Source of the DNA: a virus
Length of the DNA stretch: 64,000 bases
Virus record (IMG/VR): IMGVR_UViG_3300036766_000359
Location: 64,001-128,000 of that record
Strand: one strand, 5' to 3'
The notes beneath the pieces are model-generated. The model saw only the letters and a program-made list of their open reading frames with translations, made no database searches and had not been told where the DNA came from. Both the position numbers and the translations under genes were made by a program. Positions 29,816 through 39,608 of the stretch are shown piece by piece. Each line of letters opens with the position of its first letter. Position 1 is the first letter of the stretch.

Positions 29816-31540
29816 TCACCAGTAGTTAACGGAGGCTATCCTGGATGCTATCGAAAAAACTGAAGCTTGATTATGTGATGGCAAAATCCATTCATGAAAA
29901 TCACTATCACTGATTGTGACCTCATTCCAACCAGGAATTTCATCTGGCGTTGCGTCAACTAGTTTTAAACTATAATAATTCTTATTACCCCTAGTAGGGT
30001 GAACTTTCACCACAATCCAGTTGTTTAAAGTTTTACGGTCTTTAAGAATAGAACCTTCAACAAGCTTTTGAGCTTTCGTTCCACTAAAGAATTGCGATGA
30101 TAAAATAGAAGCCTGTTGACGCTTATCCCTTATGGATTTTGTCGTCTTAGCAGAACCTTCGGGGTTTTCACTTGGTTTAATCGAGTCAACATCAACATCT
30201 TGACCCTTAAGTTTCTTAACAAGAGAGTCATATGACTTCTTATCTTTGTCAGAAATCGTTCCCTGTTCAGTCTCCCACTTAAAGCGAGAAATCTTACGTT
30301 CATCTATACCGCGCTGGTAAGACTCTTTCTCAGATTCCTTGGCCTGTTCAACCTTTTCAATTTCTCCTTCTACACCTTCATCAGTAAAGAAAGCGTCATA
30401 AAGAACTTGCTGCTGTGCAGGAGATAAAACTTCTTCAACGAAATCTGTGATTTTGGCTAAAAGCTTCTTACGAAGGTCACCAACGAAACCAGACCAGCGT
30501 TTTTTATTCTTCTCAACAACTGCCCTTCCAGACTCGGTTTCCATCAGTTTCTCTTCTAACTCTGAAGCCTGACCCATGTTTTCTTTAACATCGGAACCGA
30601 AACTACCTACGTCTTCATAAAATATCAGGTCAAACAGAGCACGTTCAGCGGTATCGAGTGTAGCCTGAAGATTCGGAACTTCTTCATCAAGAAGGTCCAT
30701 GAATTCTTTGATTGCCGCTTTATCGTCAAGGGCACGTCCGAGTTGCGAGTCTGAATCGGTAGGCATGCGACCTTCACCACCGGAAGCATCACCACCATCC
30801 TCTCCCCTCGTTCCGAAGGCCTCATCAATAGTTTTTAAACGCTGTCCCTTTCGACGAGCTTTTTCAGCAGGAATCTTTTTCGGGTCTTGACCATCAGCTT
30901 TTATAAATTTCTCAAGCTCATCCATTTCGGACTGTTCGCTTTCAGTCCATTTATACCGGTCCCTCTCACTTTGTTCCTTTTTCCACTTCAAGTCAGCGTA
31001 CACCTCAATATCAGACGGTTTAACCTTTTTAAACCGCCTCATAGACATCGACATTGCGGTAGTACGAACGTTGTTCAAAATGTTGTTTAGTGCCTGTTTC
31101 CAGTTTGGGGCACCTGGAGCACCTTTTTGCGTCGGAGCTCGAAAATCAAATTCTGGCTTATCTTGATACTTCGGGTGTTTTTTCGGATCCCATGACCCGC
31201 TAGATTTTTGTGTCTCAATATCTTCGAGTTCTTCTTCAGAAAACTTAGAAGTATCCACCCCTTTACGGGGCATAATTTTAAAAACGAATTCTTGAACGGC
31301 ATCGAGAGCTGAGGAATAATCGTTTTGCAACTCTTTCTTGGCCTTGTTGACCATGATGTTGCCAAGTTGAGTACCGGTCATGTCCATTTCAGACACTTGG
31401 TCGGGATACTGCCTCTTGAGAATATCAAGAACGTACCTACCGAGTTGTGTCTCAATGTCGGCAGCAAGCCGAAGCATGGTATATGCGAGACGGATTGAAG
31501 CGGATATATGAATCCGGTCATAAGTGGGCGTCATACCCAA
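29816..31540 (-). CDS. Highly charged hypothetical protein, possibly virion-associated
   Basis: 574 aa, K/E/D-rich; ends SIASRIASVNYW. Confidence 0.75.
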   Translation of the reverse strand: MGMTPTYDRIHISASIRLAYTMLRLAADIETQLGRYVLDILKRQYPDQVSEMDMTGTQLGNIMVNKAKKELQNDYSSALDAVQEFVFKIMPRKGVDTSKFSEEELEDIETQKSSGSWDPKKHPKYQDKPEFDFRAPTQKGAPGAPNWKQALNNILNNVRTTAMSMSMRRFKKVKPSDIEVYADLKWKKEQSERDRYKWTESEQSEMDELEKFIKADGQDPKKIPAEKARRKGQRLKTIDEAFGTRGEDGGDASGGEGRMPTDSDSQLGRALDDKAAIKEFMDLLDEEVPNLQATLDTAERALFDLIFYEDVGSFGSDVKENMGQASELEEKLMETESGRAVVEKNKKRWSGFVGDLRKKLLAKITDFVEEVLSPAQQQVLYDAFFTDEGVEGEIEKVEQAKESEKESYQRGIDERKISRFKWETEQGTISDKDKKSYDSLVKKLKGQDVDVDSIKPSENPEGSAKTTKSIRDKRQQASILSSQFFSGTKAQKLVEGSILKDRKTLNNWIVVKVHPTRGNKNYYSLKLVDATPDEIPGWNEVTISDSDFHEWILPSHNQASVFSIASRIASVNYW

Positions 31541-31569
31541 GTAAAACGCACAAAGGGCTGAAGCAGTGA

Positions 31570-33054
31570 TTATATACCGGTTTGAATGCCGGTTTGAACG
31601 GCTTCCGAAGTACGATTATATAACGCGGCGCGTTGTATGGACGATGAAACGCGATTTTCCGTCATCATGTGACGGTGCGCGATCTCAGGTATACTAATAC
31701 CAGATTTATGCAACGCGTTGAAATACACCATCCTAGCAATGATGGCCGGTCCTACAAACACTTTTGGCGACAGCATATCGGAAACTGAACATCCATGCAT
31801 ATTTGCCGTTCGAATAGCCAGGGTTGAGTCATCACCACGAAGCTTTCTAAGCGCTGACTTACGGATTCGGTGGATTTTTTGAATCGATTTACCAAATTCG
31901 TCAGAAAAATCACGAATTGATTTATCCCCTAGGTCAATGTCAGTGATTACATTCATCTCGTCGACCGAGATATTGGCAACTTCCATAACACGCTCGAGGT
32001 CATGCTTATGTTCGAAATTAGCGATCTTGTCCATGGAAAAAACATCACGAAAAACTCGTGTTTTTCCTTCCAATGAGTCGTCAATCTCCCATGATACCTG
32101 ATCACTATCCGATAGTTCCGGTGAAATACCTTTGTTAAAGACCGTAAGTTGCATATCATCCATACGAGCCATGCTCTTGAAATTATTTCTAACTTCGTTA
32201 TTTATGATGATCTCTGCATACTTAAGCAAACCGGCGTCAATTCCTTGATTCGGTGATAGTGTAAGACTTCGATCAAATTCATTAACATGCCCGGGACGCA
32301 TGATGTACGATGGAGTTGATTTAACCATGTTCATGCGGTGCCATTCACGCAAGAATGGTTTGAGTTGAGAGTCATTCCACCGTAGTTTTGCCACGGTTTT
32401 AGCAATAGACGGATCACTCCAGTCATGAGCTAAAGAAAGACCACGAGTGTTTAAAATTGCGCGACCACGGACGCATTCTAGACAGTCTTCACCAACACAA
32501 GCGTGTTCTGTAAACTCGGCAGGCAGTATCCGACCTTGCCTATATAAAGATTGCAGTAGTGAGTACTGCGTTTCCGGATAACCAAGAAGACTAAGAAACC
32601 GATTAGAATCAATCGTGTGATTCTGAGGAGAATAATAAAAACGGTCGATGTCGAATTTAGCAAATTCAAGAAGGTCAGAAACTTTCCATAATGAATTTTG
32701 ACAAGAACGGACGCATCCACGTTTTTGTTTATGGCGTTTGACGCATGAAGCATTCAAACACGCGAAGTTTGGAATCTCAGCGTGTGGGATACTTCCAACA
32801 AATGTGACCTGAACACCACCAAGGATGGCTTCAGCTTGACTTTTATCAACTAATTCATGCGACAGGTGTTTAAAAAACCACCTCCCGATGAAGTCTTTAG
32901 AAATGAGACGCAAACGCACATTCTGCGCAACTTCGAATGCACGTTCCTTATCTCTTTTGAAATTTCTTGATACTTTAGCGTGCGTCCAATGATACCATTG
33001 GGCAGTGAAAGAATTGTTCGTAGGGATAACTACGCTGACATATGCAGGTTTCAT
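31570..33054 (-). CDS. Putative transcription/replication regulator with C-terminal sigma-region-4 HTH and DnaA-domain-IV-like helix set
   Basis: KSIRDFSDEFGKSIQKIHRIRKSALRKLR; HGCSVSDMLS...ARMVYFNALHKSGISIPEIAHR. Confidence 0.55.
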   Translation of the reverse strand: MKPAYVSVVIPTNNSFTAQWYHWTHAKVSRNFKRDKERAFEVAQNVRLRLISKDFIGRWFFKHLSHELVDKSQAEAILGGVQVTFVGSIPHAEIPNFACLNASCVKRHKQKRGCVRSCQNSLWKVSDLLEFAKFDIDRFYYSPQNHTIDSNRFLSLLGYPETQYSLLQSLYRQGRILPAEFTEHACVGEDCLECVRGRAILNTRGLSLAHDWSDPSIAKTVAKLRWNDSQLKPFLREWHRMNMVKSTPSYIMRPGHVNEFDRSLTLSPNQGIDAGLLKYAEIIINNEVRNNFKSMARMDDMQLTVFNKGISPELSDSDQVSWEIDDSLEGKTRVFRDVFSMDKIANFEHKHDLERVMEVANISVDEMNVITDIDLGDKSIRDFSDEFGKSIQKIHRIRKSALRKLRGDDSTLAIRTANMHGCSVSDMLSPKVFVGPAIIARMVYFNALHKSGISIPEIAHRHMMTENRVSSSIQRAALYNRTSEAVQTGIQTGI

Positions 33055-33176
33055 CGTTTCTCCATGCGTCAGTTGTACTGACGACTTGCGGAGTGGTTAC
33101 GAATTTTATCAACGGATCTTCCGTTGATAAGCGAAAGACAGTAACACACGAAAGGAAAAAGCACAATGGCTTCGAA

Positions 33177-33458
33177 TTACTTCTTCGAAGGTTCGAATTC
33201 TAGGTATTGAGTTAACCCATTAAACCTGGATGTTGTACCGAACTTTAAAACACGTCTTTTTACATAATAGGGACCGTCTATAATTTTTGAACGCTGTAGA
33301 ACTGGGTCTTTGATCGTCAAAAATTCAAATATTACTTCAGTCCCAACGTCAAGCAAAGGCATATAACCAAAATTGAGTTCAAGATGAGTGGGGATATCCA
33401 AGAAAATAATGATCGTCCTGGTACCGCCCATCTGACCGATCTGACCTGTCCCAGTCAT
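33177..33458 (-). CDS. Hypothetical protein
   Basis: 93-aa ORF. Confidence 0.5.
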   Translation of the reverse strand: MTGTGQIGQMGGTRTIIIFLDIPTHLELNFGYMPLLDVGTEVIFEFLTIKDPVLQRSKIIDGPYYVKRRVLKFGTTSRFNGLTQYLEFEPSKK

Positions 33459-33768
33459 AGAAAAATTTACGTGCTAACTCTAACTTCGTCTTCGTAACCT
33501 GTTCCAACTCTAAAAGTAACTTCGCTACGCTACGTTGAGGATAAAAAACAAGAACGAAGATCGAAAAAGAAAAAAGAAAAGATCATAGATCTTTTGATTA
33601 GGAAGCTCGATTACCGAGCGGACTTAAACTCGAGGCATACCCATAAACAAGAGTCTGTAAGGTATACATCATGCTTTTTTCTTGGTCTTCCTGAGCCACG
33701 TCGCTGATCCAGATGGGATTCGGGGAATAACACTTCTTTTGACTCTTGAAGAGTTTTTCCTCGTCAAA

Positions 33769-33811
33769 CATATGTTATACTACAATGTAATTCAATGTAG
33801 TATAACATATG
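33769..33811. promoter_or_regulatory. Perfect 16-bp inverted repeat in a divergent intergenic region
   Basis: catatgttatactaca-N11-tgtagtataacatatg; each arm carries TGTAGTAT pointing outward. Confidence 0.6.
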
Positions 33812-33897
33812 CCTGCAGTCTACGTCCTTGCAAGAACACCTTACAACTGAACTCATTAGACTAAGAAACTTCATCATAACGAATAAAGTTTATAACT

Positions 33898-34629
33898 ATG
33901 AAACCAAGAAAAACGAAAAAAGCTCCCACCACTCCAAGTGACGATGAATTCAAAGAAGCTGTAGATAAATGCGTCAAAAGAATTGCTGGACCGAAAGAAG
34001 CTGAGTACCTACAAGTATGGCTTTTAGAAGTTGTTAAAAATAATGCGATTCCGGTAAGTCTTCTAGAATTCATACCAATGCCAGCAGCAGAAGTTGGAAA
34101 AACCAGATTTGATCAAATCTACGATGCCGCTATGTCATTAGTATTCCCAGGGTATTCTCAATCAACCTCAGAAAAACTTTTAGGTCCTGCACCAAAGAAA
34201 AATATGAAGATATGGAGGATAATACTACCTGAAAAATTCAAGATAACGCACGTACTTATCCGTGCGATTAGTTTTCAACAGGCATTTGCTCTCGGGTGCG
34301 ACTACGCGTGTCGAATGTCTTTGCGTTTATACGGGAAAATTCCTGTTGATATGACTATTAGGGTCATATTCATGACTGAAAGATCTCTCAGAAGATATCT
34401 TAACCTCAGGTGGGCAAATCGAACATCACGACGAAGAAAACTAAAACTCGAGGGGAGAGAAATTTCCCACCGACAGTTAAATGGTGTCCGTTTAGTCGCG
34501 CTAGGATCCCCAAAAAGTCATTTATATAGTGTAGCTCGATATTGTGAGAGGAAAGATTTAGATAGGGTTTTGAAAGGAAAAGGTATTTCCAGAGAATCAC
34601 CCGTAGAAGCCGAGTCAGGCAAAAAGTAA
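33898..34629 (+). CDS. Basic hypothetical protein immediately upstream of purZ
   Basis: 243-aa K/R-rich ORF. Confidence 0.7.
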   Translation: MKPRKTKKAPTTPSDDEFKEAVDKCVKRIAGPKEAEYLQVWLLEVVKNNAIPVSLLEFIPMPAAEVGKTRFDQIYDAAMSLVFPGYSQSTSEKLLGPAPKKNMKIWRIILPEKFKITHVLIRAISFQQAFALGCDYACRMSLRLYGKIPVDMTIRVIFMTERSLRRYLNLRWANRTSRRRKLKLEGREISHRQLNGVRLVALGSPKSHLYSVARYCERKDLDRVLKGKGISRESPVEAESGKK

Positions 34630-34672
34630 CGTGTTCAGGTGTAGGGTTCTACAACAAATTTGGAGGTGACAG

Positions 34673-37135
34673 GTGCAGGAAGGGAAGTTGAATATACTAT
34701 TGGACGCATTCTGGGGTTCATCCGGAAAAGGAAAAACATCGTCTTTCCTTGCTGATAAATTTGGTGTTACACGAGTCTCTAGCTCAAATTTCCCAAATGC
34801 CGGTCACTGTTGTGGAGAAGATACATACATAACGACAAATCGTGGTCTCGAAAGATTAGGCGATGTTGTTCGTGCATCTAAATCTAACACATCCATAGTG
34901 AATATGGATGGTTCCTTTGAGTCCGTTTCACATTTTGTGGCAGATGGTATTCGGAAGGTTAACACAATACTATTAAAAAATGGTATTTCCATTGATTGCA
35001 CTGACGTACACCGGTTTTTAGTTTGGAATTCGGAAAAATCTGATGTTGAATGGGTTCGATCTATAGATCTTGATCCTGAAACTCACAGTTTCCTATTTCC
35101 AAAATCTGTAGCCTTCAATGGCGGTAGCCTCTTACCAACTGAGTGGACTTCTGCCGATAAACCAAACAAAACTAAAATTGGATTGCCTTTTTCAGAAGAG
35201 ATGTTTGCTTCTTATCTAGGTCTTCTCGTCGGTGACGGGTACTACGCTCGGAAAACGAATGTGAGTATTGCGTTCCATACAAGCCAAATTGATGTACTCA
35301 ATAAAATTCGGGCCATGTATTCGGAAATGGGCATAACAAATCAAAGTGTTGTTCAAGTAGGTGATAAAGAATGCTTTGTGCTCGACACATCCCAGTGTTC
35401 TGGTTTGATGGAATTGTTTGAACTCGTTAACCTCAAACTTGCGATAAAATCAGAAAAGCAAACACCGAAAAAAATTTTAACTTCAAACGTCAAAATCATG
35501 GGTGCATATCTTAGTGGTCTTTTTGACTCGGACGGATCCGTTAAGTCAGATAGAGTAACATTAAGCAACTGTTCCGAAAGTGTTGTTCGTGATGCACAAG
35601 CCATGCTTCATGTACTCGGCATATCAGGGTTTATTACATTTTATGACGATGATCGTGATGATACACGAATGCGTCAGTGGTGTTTGTCTATCAGTGGGTC
35701 AAGAAATCTTAGTATTTTTCAAGATAAAGTGGGGATGTTGTCCGAGATAAAACAACAAAAACTTCGTGGACTGGTTCAATCAATAAATCACGTTGGACAA
35801 ATCATAAATATCAACTCATCCGTTCGAGTTGAATTACGTAAACGCGGGTTTAAATCCGATTCAGGAAATAAAGGCGTTCGAGAGTCAACAATAGAAAAGC
35901 TTGCAGAATCCGGGTATTCAGGACCGGTTGTTGAATCACTTCGTAAATACCATATTATTCAGATTAAATCGATCGAATTTGAATCTAAAGAAATTGAAGT
36001 ATTTGACCTAACGGTTCCTGGCACACACAGCTATCTCGCTAATGGCTGCGTAGCTCATAATACGGCTACATTTAAGGACGGCACCAAGTTCATAGCGAAA
36101 GCAATTCCAACAGCCGCCATTCTCAAGAAAGTTAAAGGCGTTGGGATGCAGTGTTGGATAACTCCAGGTTCAGGTTTTGCTTGGGCACAGCTTATTAAAG
36201 AATGGGATGAATCTGGGAAACCAGAAATCAATATTCACTCGCGTGCATCAATTGTAACGACAGAGCATAAAGAAAGAGAATCTCAGGGAAACGAGTCAAC
36301 AAAACATATTGCGAGCACGATGCAAGGCTCAGCGGCTGCTATGGTAGACAAAGTCTTACGTAAGGCTGACTGTCAACTCGCAGAAACCACTGAATTGCAT
36401 AAGGTCATTGAGTCATTACGAAATAATGACAAATTGATGAACGAATTTTTCACTAATGATATAACGCAAGAGTTTCTTGAAAAAGTGCATGTAGTTGATG
36501 CTTGGGATTTTAGAAAACTAACTCATCAAGCGTTACATAATGGACATCCGTGGCTCCATGAGGGTTCACAAGGATACGCTTTGTCTATTGATCATGGGTC
36601 CCACTTTCCTTTTTGCACAAGTCGAAACGCTTCGATACAATCTGCGATGGACCATCTAGCCGTACCGCCAAAATTGGTCGGTGACGTTTATTTGAATCTT
36701 CGTACTATGCCGATTCGTGTAGGAAACGTCGTTGAGGACGGAGTTCAAAAGGGATACTCAGGCGATTTTTATCCAGACTGTCATGAAATGACATGGGAAC
36801 AAGTGGCACGAGAAGCAGGAATGCCGGAAGAAGAAGCAAAAAAGCTATCGGAAAGAGAACGAACAACGGTTACTAAAAGAGTTCGTAGAGTGTGTACTTT
36901 TTCGTTTAGTGGATTGAAAGATGCTGTTGCTACAAATGGAGCAACAAAACTCATTGTGAATTTCATTCAGTATATAAACTGGCAAGATGCGGGGCTCATG
37001 GGAGAACAAGACGCTTTCTTGAAGCTATCCAAAAAAAGCCGATCATTTATAGACCAGGTAGAAGAAGTTGCTGGAGTTCCTGTGGTACTTATTGGAACTG
37101 GTGCTTTACATGAGGAAATGATATCGAGAATGTGA
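34673..37135 (+). CDS. purZ: PurZ-type 2-amino-deoxyadenylosuccinate synthetase precursor with intein (402 aa after splicing)
   Basis: GTG start with SD GGAGG; DAFWGSSGKGK, PNAGH|T, IASTMQG, HEGSQGYALSIDHG..PFCTSR, RTMPIRVGN, YSGDFYPD, TTVTKRVRRVCTFS, NGATKLIVNFIQY. Confidence 0.85.
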   Translation: MQEGKLNILLDAFWGSSGKGKTSSFLADKFGVTRVSSSNFPNAGHCCGEDTYITTNRGLERLGDVVRASKSNTSIVNMDGSFESVSHFVADGIRKVNTILLKNGISIDCTDVHRFLVWNSEKSDVEWVRSIDLDPETHSFLFPKSVAFNGGSLLPTEWTSADKPNKTKIGLPFSEEMFASYLGLLVGDGYYARKTNVSIAFHTSQIDVLNKIRAMYSEMGITNQSVVQVGDKECFVLDTSQCSGLMELFELVNLKLAIKSEKQTPKKILTSNVKIMGAYLSGLFDSDGSVKSDRVTLSNCSESVVRDAQAMLHVLGISGFITFYDDDRDDTRMRQWCLSISGSRNLSIFQDKVGMLSEIKQQKLRGLVQSINHVGQIININSSVRVELRKRGFKSDSGNKGVRESTIEKLAESGYSGPVVESLRKYHIIQIKSIEFESKEIEVFDLTVPGTHSYLANGCVAHNTATFKDGTKFIAKAIPTAAILKKVKGVGMQCWITPGSGFAWAQLIKEWDESGKPEINIHSRASIVTTEHKERESQGNESTKHIASTMQGSAAAMVDKVLRKADCQLAETTELHKVIESLRNNDKLMNEFFTNDITQEFLEKVHVVDAWDFRKLTHQALHNGHPWLHEGSQGYALSIDHGSHFPFCTSRNASIQSAMDHLAVPPKLVGDVYLNLRTMPIRVGNVVEDGVQKGYSGDFYPDCHEMTWEQVAREAGMPEEEAKKLSERERTTVTKRVRRVCTFSFSGLKDAVATNGATKLIVNFIQYINWQDAGLMGEQDAFLKLSKKSRSFIDQVEEVAGVPVVLIGTGALHEEMISRM
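34808..36061 (+). mobile_element. Full-length intein with LAGLIDADG homing endonuclease (418 aa)
   Basis: Starts at Cys46 (CCGEDTYI), block B CTDVHRF, endonuclease motifs YLGLLVGDGY and YLSGLFDSDGSV, block F VFDLTV, ends GCVAHN followed by Thr+1. Confidence 0.95.
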
Positions 37136-37144
37136 CCGCAAGAT

Positions 37145-37396
37145 ATGTCAACAAGTAAACTACCAAAGGTGTTTGGCGCTGGTGATGTTACCATATGTGC
37201 AAACCTAGATGGTTTGCGAGTTTATATAGGACATACTGAAATTGAGTACATCAGACGAATAGAAATGAAACTCGAAGATGGAAAAATGTTTTTAGAAGTG
37301 TCATTCTTAATGAGCCATGACCCATCTGTTTCTAAGTCAATAGAAGAAGTGGTAAGAACTGCTAAAACTATTCCTTGGATCAAGATAGTACCTTAG
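37145..37396 (+). CDS. Hypothetical protein directly downstream of purZ
   Basis: 83-aa ORF 9 nt after the purZ stop. Confidence 0.65.
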   Translation: MSTSKLPKVFGAGDVTICANLDGLRVYIGHTEIEYIRRIEMKLEDGKMFLEVSFLMSHDPSVSKSIEEVVRTAKTIPWIKIVP

Positions 37397-37959
37397 CGAG
37401 ATCTCTTACGCTTCAAATGTATGCCGATTTGATCCGGGTTTTTGTTCATGAACTCATAACATGATTGAAAATACCCAATAATTGGCATGGCAGCATCTCT
37501 CTCAACGAGAGATTCGAAAATACTTTTTCCCTCAGTTTCAGACCACATCCACTCTTCTGTAATTGGAGAGTTTGGGGCCATTTGGCTCCATACGTTTCCA
37601 TATGGAAACATCATTAAAATGAATTCTTTTTTGTCAAAGTGTGGATGTGGTAAAGCAGAAAACTCTTCTCTTCTCTTTATCGATAGATAAGTACCGTCAG
37701 GAAGATAAACACCCTCTGGCGTCTTTGTTACCCACCGTTTGATCGACATCCATTTCACTTCAGGGGTTTTAAGACCCATTCTTTTACGACAAGCAAGTGA
37801 ACAGTCGTAAAGTGCCGACGGTGACAATCCGGACTCCCACGGTTTGAATTCTTCGGGGACCCCGCTAAATGAATGAAGAGCCTTAATAAAGGGTACTTTT
37901 ATTAAGGAAACCTGTTGTTGTACTTTTCCTAAGGTCTCTGCATCCATCGAGAACTCCAT
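37393..37959 (-). CDS. Hypothetical protein
   Basis: 188-aa ORF convergent with the purZ unit. Confidence 0.65.
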   Translation of the reverse strand: MEFSMDAETLGKVQQQVSLIKVPFIKALHSFSGVPEEFKPWESGLSPSALYDCSLACRKRMGLKTPEVKWMSIKRWVTKTPEGVYLPDGTYLSIKRREEFSALPHPHFDKKEFILMMFPYGNVWSQMAPNSPITEEWMWSETEGKSIFESLVERDAAMPIIGYFQSCYEFMNKNPDQIGIHLKRKRSR

Positions 37960-38036
37960 CTAGTAATTAACTACACTACGTATGAACATTTACAATACTG
38001 TGAATGTTTGCACTTCGAGTATGACACGGAGAAATC

Positions 38037-39371
38037 ATGACTGAACCGAAAGTTTTTTGTCTAGTCGATGAAAATGGTCGACTACTCCCACCGGCAGTTC
38101 AAGCCACGGTTTTAGCTAAATATTCACGGTCCCCGGAATCGGCCCATGAGATTATCAAAAATCTATCTGAAGAAGATGCCGATAAATTCCAGGGAAAATA
38201 TGTTATTGAGTATAACCACTCAAGCGTAGCCGAATTAGCGACAGTCCCAGTATGCTTCGAAGGTGTATCAATCATTGCGTCAAAATTTCTCGAATCCTTT
38301 CAAAGAATGGGGTACTCTGAAAAAAGTACCAGGTATCAAGTTTTCAACCGACATTCATTCATAACTCCTCCGGGAGCTCCGCCAACAATGAAAGAATTTG
38401 CGGCTAGGTTTTATGATGCGTATGAAAAATTATATCCCCGGGTACTCAAACGATGCGCCGAGCTTATGGGGAAAGACCCCAATAAGGAAGACAGAACTGT
38501 AAAAGCTAGAGCATTTGATAACATCCGATATTTGTTACCTTCTGGAACCGGGACTAATCTGGCAGCAGTTGGGTTTTTACGTGATTTTCGTTATATGATT
38601 CAAGAATCAAGAGGACACTCAAATCCAGAAATTAGGTCAATAGGTGACTCCACTCATGCAGCAATATCAGAAATATGTCCCGTGTTGGTTCGAAGCTCGG
38701 AAGCAGATTCTTTTGAACCACGAGTTAAATCGCTCGGGAATTTATCACCAAAATTTAAAATCGATAACCCGTCGTGGTACGTAGATTTATATAAACCTCA
38801 GACACTTGGAAATCCGAATACCATTCAGGAAACTTTTTGCGCTACCATAGCTGATCAATACGGAATGAGTTGGTCTGCTTTCAACAAACTCATGGAAGAA
38901 CGGGGAAAAAGAGCAGTACCGAAAATTTTCCGTTCTGTAAAAATTTCTCTAGATGTCATGATGGACTATGGTGCTTATCGTGATTTGCAGAGACATAGAC
39001 GATGTGAACAGTATTCTGAACCGTTGACTTCAAATTACGGGTACCTAGTCCCGGATGATATTGCTGGAACCGAAATGGAACCAGAGTACAGAACTGCGAT
39101 GGAACAAATTCATTTATATGACGACAATCGCGTGTCGTGTGATTCGGATTTGATGCAATATCTGATACCTCTAGGATACCTACACAGGTCCGTTTTCGAT
39201 ATGGACCTTCAAGAATTATATTATATCTCGGAGTTACGGACACAACCTCAGGGTCATATCTCGTATAGAAGAGTTGCTTACGAGATGGCAAAGGTTGGGT
39301 CGGCTCTATACCCGAATTTGATGAGTTGGTGTAGAGCTACGAATCCTGAAAGTATAGGGGTTCACACTTAA
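38037..39371 (+). CDS. thyX: FAD-dependent thymidylate synthase, tandem-domain type
   Basis: EYNHSSVAE, YSEKSTRY, RYLLP in the N-domain; YRDLQRHRR and ELRTQPQGH..YRRVA in the C-domain. Confidence 0.9.
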   Translation: MTEPKVFCLVDENGRLLPPAVQATVLAKYSRSPESAHEIIKNLSEEDADKFQGKYVIEYNHSSVAELATVPVCFEGVSIIASKFLESFQRMGYSEKSTRYQVFNRHSFITPPGAPPTMKEFAARFYDAYEKLYPRVLKRCAELMGKDPNKEDRTVKARAFDNIRYLLPSGTGTNLAAVGFLRDFRYMIQESRGHSNPEIRSIGDSTHAAISEICPVLVRSSEADSFEPRVKSLGNLSPKFKIDNPSWYVDLYKPQTLGNPNTIQETFCATIADQYGMSWSAFNKLMEERGKRAVPKIFRSVKISLDVMMDYGAYRDLQRHRRCEQYSEPLTSNYGYLVPDDIAGTEMEPEYRTAMEQIHLYDDNRVSCDSDLMQYLIPLGYLHRSVFDMDLQELYYISELRTQPQGHISYRRVAYEMAKVGSALYPNLMSWCRATNPESIGVHT

Positions 39372-39559
39372 TCAGTATCATCGTCTGAAAACGGAAAAAG
39401 CGCCACAGCACCGTTTAAGTCTAAACAAACGCCCGGACCTAGTTCTGGACGTGTAACCACGGGAAGATCCGATCCCACCAATTTGTTTTCATGTGGTTGA
39501 ATCGCAGTTTCAGCATTTCCATGTTCATGTTTTTCAGTCATACTATTCATACCATACAT
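39368..39559 (-). CDS. Small hypothetical protein
   Basis: 63-aa ORF; weak support. Confidence 0.4.
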   Translation of the reverse strand: MYGMNSMTEKHEHGNAETAIQPHENKLVGSDLPVVTRPELGPGVCLDLNGAVALFPFSDDDTD

Positions 39560-39608
39560 GATTAAACGATAACCTGTGACTTAAGTCTCCTATGTACCAT
39601 AGTGGCGT

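Noticed and set aside
34673-37135. Ordinary PurA (auxiliary AMP synthesis)
   Set aside because: It lacks the PurA catalytic Asp (GDEGKGK) and the TKLD guanine motif; it has Ser and NFIQY as in PurZ.
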